Part shown: piece by piece, positions 59,798-64,000 of the stretch
Position numbering within the stretch: position 1 is the stretch's first letter
How the letters are laid out: every line of letters begins with the position of its first letter
Assembly: GCA_903944345.1 (NCBI GenBank)
Contig: CAJARJ010000013.1
Coordinates: 58,672-122,671, forward strand
DNA from: Candidatus Omnitrophota bacterium
GTDB lineage: Bacteria; Omnitrophota; Gorgyraeia; Zapsychrales; Fredricksoniimonadaceae
DNA: 64,000 bases
Direction of reading: 5' to 3'
Position numbers and translations under genes: made by a program
Notes under the pieces: model-generated
Databases searched by the model: none
The model's input: only the letters and a program-made list of their open reading frames with translations
What the model was told of the DNA's origin: nothing

Positions 59798-62167
59798 ATG
59801 CGCTATGTATTATCCAGTCAATCCGATCAGTTGAGGACAAGAAAGCCCGGCACACACATCATCAACGCGGTCATGACCGCCATATTCCTCTTTCAAAGCT
59901 GTGTTGCACCCAACGTATGGGCGCAGTCCCTTCAGATGCCATCATCAGTCCCCTCTACAAAACCAGCGTATATCCCCGCGAGCCTGCAAGGTCTGGTTCT
60001 TGATTACAAAGAACCCTTTAAACTCAATTTTCTCGTTAGCCCCGGGCAATCCCCTCTTTCTCCTGTCGAAAAGAAAGAAGAATACGCCCGCCTCGTAAGA
60101 TATTTCTTGGCCGCCCTTGCCATCCCCGACAACGACCAGTGGGTCAACCTTTCACCTTTTGAAAAAGAACGCATTATTTCCGGGAACTTCGGCCGCACGG
60201 AAATGGGCCGCGACCTGCTGCGGCAGGACTATCAACTCAAACAATTATCCTCCAGCCTCACTCATCCCGACTCTGCAACAGGGAAAATATTCTGGGAACA
60301 TCTGTATGCCGAATTTTTGCGCACATTCGGAACAACCCAAATCCCCGCCGAGGCCTTGAACAAGGTGTGGATCATGCCGGACAAGGCCGTAATCCATGAA
60401 AACAGCCGAACCCGTTCGGTACACATTCTGGAACAACGATTAAAAATTGTCAGCGATGTGGATCATGCCGCGCTTCGCGGAGGACAACCGGACAGATCTC
60501 CTCTTGAGGATATTTACCAGGATGCCCTGCGCAAAACCATCCTGCCACTAATCGAAAAAGAAATTAATGAAAGCCGCGACTTCGCCATGCTCCGGCAGAT
60601 TTACAGCAGCATGTTACTGGCCGCATGGTTCAAGCGGGCCCTCAAGGATTCGGTCCTCACCAATCTTTACGGCGACAAATCGAAAACCACAGGCATCGAT
60701 ACAAATCCGCTTGTCAACCAGGCCATCTACCGTGATTACGTTGACATGTTCCGCAAGGGAGTCTTTGATTTCATCCGGGACGATCTGGACACAGCAACAG
60801 GAGACATCCTCCCCCGCAGGTACTTCTCGGGCGGGGCTGTTTCTGTCGGATCAGCTTTCGAGGATACAGTGACGGTCCTGACCGATCAGTCGCAAAGAAT
60901 TGCAGATCCCAACGAGGAACTGGTTACAGCAAGCCTGGTCTCTCCCCAACAAATCCCCCGACGCCTGGCCCCAACAGATATCCCCGTCGTTCTAATACTG
61001 CTGTCTCTCTGGCAGGGACATACCAATGCCCCCAATAAACAGGTTGTAATTCCTTTCTCGCCGATATACGCACAGTTCTTGCCTGAACAAAACGCTATCC
61101 CGGGGACACGTCTTCTGGACGACTCCCCGGCAGCAGGTCTTGAAATTGTTGATCGTCACGATTTGATCTCCTGGCTCGTTGGCCTGAAGAATTTCAAACG
61201 GGCCAAGAAACTGGCCCAGATAGCCTTGCGCCAAAGACATGAACTCTTGGCCCTGGCTCTTTCCTTACCTCTCTCTGAAACATTGTCAGACGACCAACAA
61301 ACCCGTGTCCTGACGTTTTCAGTCAATCACCGGGATTACACCGTCGAGATCATCAGTCACAACAAACCTTTCACATATAATGGTACTGATTACGATCCGC
61401 TGCCCGGAAGCATGATAAAAATCACAAAAGACAGAGGGCATGAAATTCTCCTGGAAATCCTGAAGGGCGAAACAACACCCGCGCAATGGAAGACAGACGT
61501 TGTTCCTTTCCTGCTGGCCCGGGTTTTTCCAGGAATTGAAGTTTCCGGATTCGATCAACCCGCCGAAACATTCGAATTGGCAGCGTCCAAGGACGACATG
61601 ACCAGCGACGACAATACTCCTTCCTTAAACGTAACTGCAAATACACTGGAACAAATTTTTTCTTTACCAGCGTCGAAAACAGAACTCGTTTCAAGAAAAG
61701 ATGCCCTGGAACTGGCTTTTATGGTGGAAACACCGGAGGGCAAAGCTCTCCTGACGGCCCTGCCTCTTTACGCCCCTGAAGATAAAGACCGCACATTTGT
61801 CGTCGGTTTACAGGTCACTGTCTCCACACTCACAGAAACCGGGCTTCACGAAATACTTTTTGCCAATACACACGATCTTTCCCTTATCAGCCGTCTGAAC
61901 AGAGAAAATCCGTCGTGGCGTAATTTTGCTGTTTTCGCAAGCGCGCTGGTTGCCGGCAATCCCGACACAAACAGCAGTCCTGGCAGCCTCGCAGCCGCCG
62001 CTCCTGGTGGTGTTGACTTCAGCGAAGCAGCACTGGATTTGTTGATCAAACGAGATGGCAGCGGGATTCCTCTGCCTGTGGGTCAGCAAAACCTGACGAA
62101 TATAAGAATCAACGGACTGGTGCCGGTCATTATGAACATCCGTCCGGCAGTCGAAATTAATTGGTAA
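59798..62167 (+). CDS. Family paralog P5 (789 aa): conserved N-domain, unique central region, C-terminal GGVDF module
   Basis: ..WVNLSPFEKERIISGNF..LLRQDYQLKQ..FGTTQIPAEALNKVWIMPDKAVI..KTILPLIEKEIN..SSMLLAAWFK..PRRYFSGG..; ends ..AAPGGVDFSEAALDLLIKRDGSGIPLPV..VPVIMNIRPAVEINW; ATG with a GGAG ribosome-binding site. Confidence 0.8.
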   Translation: MRYVLSSQSDQLRTRKPGTHIINAVMTAIFLFQSCVAPNVWAQSLQMPSSVPSTKPAYIPASLQGLVLDYKEPFKLNFLVSPGQSPLSPVEKKEEYARLVRYFLAALAIPDNDQWVNLSPFEKERIISGNFGRTEMGRDLLRQDYQLKQLSSSLTHPDSATGKIFWEHLYAEFLRTFGTTQIPAEALNKVWIMPDKAVIHENSRTRSVHILEQRLKIVSDVDHAALRGGQPDRSPLEDIYQDALRKTILPLIEKEINESRDFAMLRQIYSSMLLAAWFKRALKDSVLTNLYGDKSKTTGIDTNPLVNQAIYRDYVDMFRKGVFDFIRDDLDTATGDILPRRYFSGGAVSVGSAFEDTVTVLTDQSQRIADPNEELVTASLVSPQQIPRRLAPTDIPVVLILLSLWQGHTNAPNKQVVIPFSPIYAQFLPEQNAIPGTRLLDDSPAAGLEIVDRHDLISWLVGLKNFKRAKKLAQIALRQRHELLALALSLPLSETLSDDQQTRVLTFSVNHRDYTVEIISHNKPFTYNGTDYDPLPGSMIKITKDRGHEILLEILKGETTPAQWKTDVVPFLLARVFPGIEVSGFDQPAETFELAASKDDMTSDDNTPSLNVTANTLEQIFSLPASKTELVSRKDALELAFMVETPEGKALLTALPLYAPEDKDRTFVVGLQVTVSTLTETGLHEILFANTHDLSLISRLNRENPSWRNFAVFASALVAGNPDTNSSPGSLAAAAPGGVDFSEAALDLLIKRDGSGIPLPVGQQNLTNIRINGLVPVIMNIRPAVEINW

Positions 62168-62192
62168 TTAATTGGTGATAATTAATTGGTGA
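62155..62192. repeat. Three tandem AATTAATTGGT(A/G) sub-repeats overlapping the P5 stop codon and leading into the IR arm
   Basis: gaAATTAATTGGTAATTAATTGGTGATAATTAATTGGTGAcac; the last P5 codons (EINW*) are read from the first repeat. Confidence 0.55.
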
Positions 62193-62206
62193 CACACAGA
62201 ATTGTT
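62189..62206. repeat. IR-element left arm GTGACACACAGAATTGTT
   Basis: Left end of a MITE-like unit of about 117 bp, 62189..62305. Confidence 0.7.
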
Positions 62207-62287
62207 TCTTAACATTCTTTACATCTATTTTACGCTTTTTCAGGATCTAGTTTTGACTACGCAAAAGAATGTCAATAGATGTCAGAA

Positions 62288-62305
62288 AACAATTCTGTGT
62301 GTCAC
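62288..62305. repeat. IR-element right arm AACAATTCTGTGTGTCAC (followed by a CGAATTATCT x2 direct repeat)
   Basis: Perfect reverse complement of the left arm; internal subterminal sequences match the 59523..59638 copy. Confidence 0.7.
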
Positions 62306-62319
62306 GAATTATCTACGAA

Positions 62320-62868
62320 TTATCTGATTTCAAAAATATCCACACACGCGTTAATCTCGCTTGCAGAGAATGGTGGCCGCGTATTGCTTCTGATCTCATT
62401 AAGAACAATCTTTCTTTGATCAATACTCAGAGGAGCCGAATTCAGGAAATCCCATGAAGATTCCGTCTTGCCATACAAATACACGGCACAAATAAGACCT
62501 TTGTCAGCATTCGCAAGGTTAAGGACTCTCAGTTTTCCGATATCCGAGAGAATTTCCCCCATCCTGACCCCATCCCCATTTTTGACTCCCAGACGAATAA
62601 CTTTCAATTCAAACGCAGCCAGAATATTCCTACTGGTATTAGAATCTTTAATAATAATATCTGCCACAACATTCGCAAGAGAATCAGACTCCACAAGAAC
62701 TGTCTTCGACGGAAATCTCTCTTGTAACCACCCCGCCAATCCAAGCTGGATATAGTTCTCGAAACCGACAGAACCCTGTTTCATACAAAGGATAACACCG
62801 GAGGTTTTCATCAATTCGACCACTTTTTTTTCTATCTGCTTTTTCAACTCTTCCGTTAGAAACTGCAT
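62320..62868 (-). CDS. Hypothetical protein with a possible PD-(D/E)xK nuclease-like motif
   Basis: 183 aa from the ATG at 62868 (MQFLTEEL..); ..VESDSLANVVADIIIKD..AAFELKV.. (D ... ExK spacing). The track ORF starts at a GTG inside the IR arm at 62913. Local GC looks lower than its neighbours. Confidence 0.4.
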   Translation of the reverse strand: MQFLTEELKKQIEKKVVELMKTSGVILCMKQGSVGFENYIQLGLAGWLQERFPSKTVLVESDSLANVVADIIIKDSNTSRNILAAFELKVIRLGVKNGDGVRMGEILSDIGKLRVLNLANADKGLICAVYLYGKTESSWDFLNSAPLSIDQRKIVLNEIRSNTRPPFSASEINACVDIFEIR

Positions 62869-62869
62869 A

Positions 62870-62878
62870 CCCCCCCCC
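62870..62878. promoter_or_regulatory. C9 homopolymer (G9 on the coding strand) 1 nt upstream of the ATG of the 62320..62868 gene, within its ribosome-binding-site window
   Basis: Plus strand gcatACCCCCCCCCtc; coding strand GAGGGGGGGGGT-ATG; a candidate slipped-strand phase-variation tract. Confidence 0.5.
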
Positions 62879-62906
62879 TCTTTAAAAATTAATTGGCGAT
62901 TAATTG

Positions 62907-62924
62907 GTGACACACAGAATTATT
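62907..62924. repeat. IR-element left arm GTGACACACAGAATTATT (preceded by AATTAATTGGCG and ATTAATTGGTGA sub-repeats)
   Basis: Left end of a unit of about 252 bp, 62907..63158. Confidence 0.7.
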
Positions 62925-63140
62925 AGCCAGCGATAAGCCCCTGCATAAGCCATCAAGGCATCACTAAAGGCCAGCTTGCTATTGAAGCGACTGAGCACAA
63001 CTGCGTTGAATACTTTAACATCATTCTCAGGCAAAAAAAAAGAACAAAAAAAATATCCTCAATCACATCATAAAAACGCAAAGGTTTCCAACGCGGCATT
63101 GTCAGGAAGCGGACAAGGGCAATGACAAAATATGTCAAGA

Positions 63141-63158
63141 AACAATTCTGTGTGTCAC
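63141..63158. repeat. IR-element right arm AACAATTCTGTGTGTCAC overlapping the umuC stop codon
   Basis: The umuC TGA (63155-63157, minus strand) is the TGA inside GTGACAC of this arm; preceded by ATGTCAAGA as in other copies. Confidence 0.7.
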
Positions 63159-64000
63159 CGATTATACTCTCCGGCAAAAAATACCGCTCCTTTGGCAACT
63201 TTTGTGTTCAGCTGATCCACCACCGCCATGAGCTTTTCCTGACGCTCCCGCGCCTGCGTATCCACAAAAAGTTCCAGGGGAGTTTCTGTCCGGGTTGAAA
63301 AGTCGCCAAGGACTACCCCCGCCCGTTTATACCCCCTCCCGGGTTGATATATCTCCCCGAGAATTTGACGAACTGCACTGGTCAAGCCCGGGGTATAATC
63401 CGTCCGTGGATCAAACCGGACACTCCCTGAATTGGCGTAATAATCAGGCTTGAACGGACTGGTGCCTGCAAACACCTGCAAAAAACCGGTGATCTGCCCC
63501 TGCGCCCGCATCTTTTGAGCCGCATGAGACGTGAACCCGCACACTATCGACTCAATCTCTTCCAAAGAATGAATATCCCGAGGGAATGTCCGTGAAATGC
63601 CGATAGTCTGCCTGGGGGCAGGAATATCCTCAAGACCGATACAAGAAATTCCGCGAAGTTCGAAAACCGTCCGCAGCGTCACCACACTCATGTTTTTCCT
63701 GATCCATCGATCATCGGCATTGCGCAGGTCCAAGATCGTTCGAATTCCCCGCGCTGTCAAGACCCTGGCCTTCTGCCCGCCTATCCCCCATACCTCGCTT
63801 ACAGGAAGCTCTTGCATAACCCGTTGCGAATTTTGTTCCTCCAAAAGAGAACAAACCCCCTGATATTCCGGATGCGTCTTTGCTGTGTGATTGGCCAGCT
63901 TGGATAACGTCTTGGTGGATGCTATTCCGACGGAAACAGGAAGACCTGTGTCCTTGAGGACCGTCCGGCGAATATCCCGCCCATACTCAACAAAAGCCTT
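63155..64000 (-). CDS. umuC: Y-family DNA polymerase (UmuC/DinB-like), C-terminal about two thirds; 5' end beyond the window
   Basis: I extended the frame upstream of the track ORF by hand: ..KAFVEYGRDIRRTVLKDTGLPVSVGIASTKTLSKLANHTAK..EVWGIGGQKARVLTARGIRTILDL... It remains open to position 64000. Confidence 0.8.
   Translation of the reverse strand, partial: KAFVEYGRDIRRTVLKDTGLPVSVGIASTKTLSKLANHTAKTHPEYQGVCSLLEEQNSQRVMQELPVSEVWGIGGQKARVLTARGIRTILDLRNADDRWIRKNMSVVTLRTVFELRGISCIGLEDIPAPRQTIGISRTFPRDIHSLEEIESIVCGFTSHAAQKMRAQGQITGFLQVFAGTSPFKPDYYANSGSVRFDPRTDYTPGLTSAVRQILGEIYQPGRGYKRAGVVLGDFSTRTETPLELFVDTQARERQEKLMAVVDQLNTKVAKGAVFFAGEYNR

Noticed and set aside
1-64000. rRNA, tRNA or CRISPR features
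   Set aside because: I found no regularly spaced direct repeats with unique spacers. Intergenic regions (7218-7409, 24292-24391, 52833-53043) show no tRNA-like cloverleaf hallmarks. The only repeats are the inverted-repeat elements described above.

Overview
This 64 kb window (GC about 55%) looks like it comes from a sulfate-reducer-like deltaproteobacterium (Desulfobacterota); that assignment is inferred from gene content and order only. Positions 7.4–17.4 kb hold a conserved housekeeping block on the minus strand (truA, asd, a LeuB-family dehydrogenase, fabF, acpP, fabG, fxsA, folB, folE), a plus-strand Dus tRNA-dihydrouridine synthase with an ABC transporter, and a cyclophilin. The rest is accessory-like. 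It contains a CPBP protease, nadC, a nuclease/dehydrogenase/HAD operon, two ABC-2 exporters, a YihY protein, a TPR protein, and an S1 protease overlapping an FHA membrane protein. It also contains a radical-SAM/DUF4130 DNA-repair pair, a class-D beta-lactamase-like::serpin fusion, an EPS/capsule locus (O-antigen-ligase-like, Wzc, Wza, outer-membrane barrel, CapD-like dehydratase), and a partial umuC at the right edge. The main finding is a family of at least six paralogous large secreted proteins that I cannot name: P1 at <1..7217 (>2,400 aa), a Ser/Thr-kinase fusion with a frameshift in a C6 tract (24392..26540), P2 (46657..48681), P3 (48788..50977), P4 (55145..58900) and P5 (59798..62167). 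They share a conserved N-terminal domain of about 330 aa and a C-terminal module of about 60 aa beginning GG[IV]D[LF]. Their middle regions differ: coiled coil, kinase, or transmembrane segments. P4 is tightly coupled (2-nt spacer) to a radical-SAM gene. Across 52.9–63.2 kb all four intergenic spacers contain a MITE-like inverted-repeat element (GTGACACACAGAATTGTT and its complement, with AATTAATTGGTGA sub-repeats). One pair brackets an alpha/beta-hydrolase gene and one copy overlaps the umuC stop codon. Gene starts were corrected where the ORF track begins at in-frame GTG/TTG codons. No rRNA, tRNA or CRISPR was seen.
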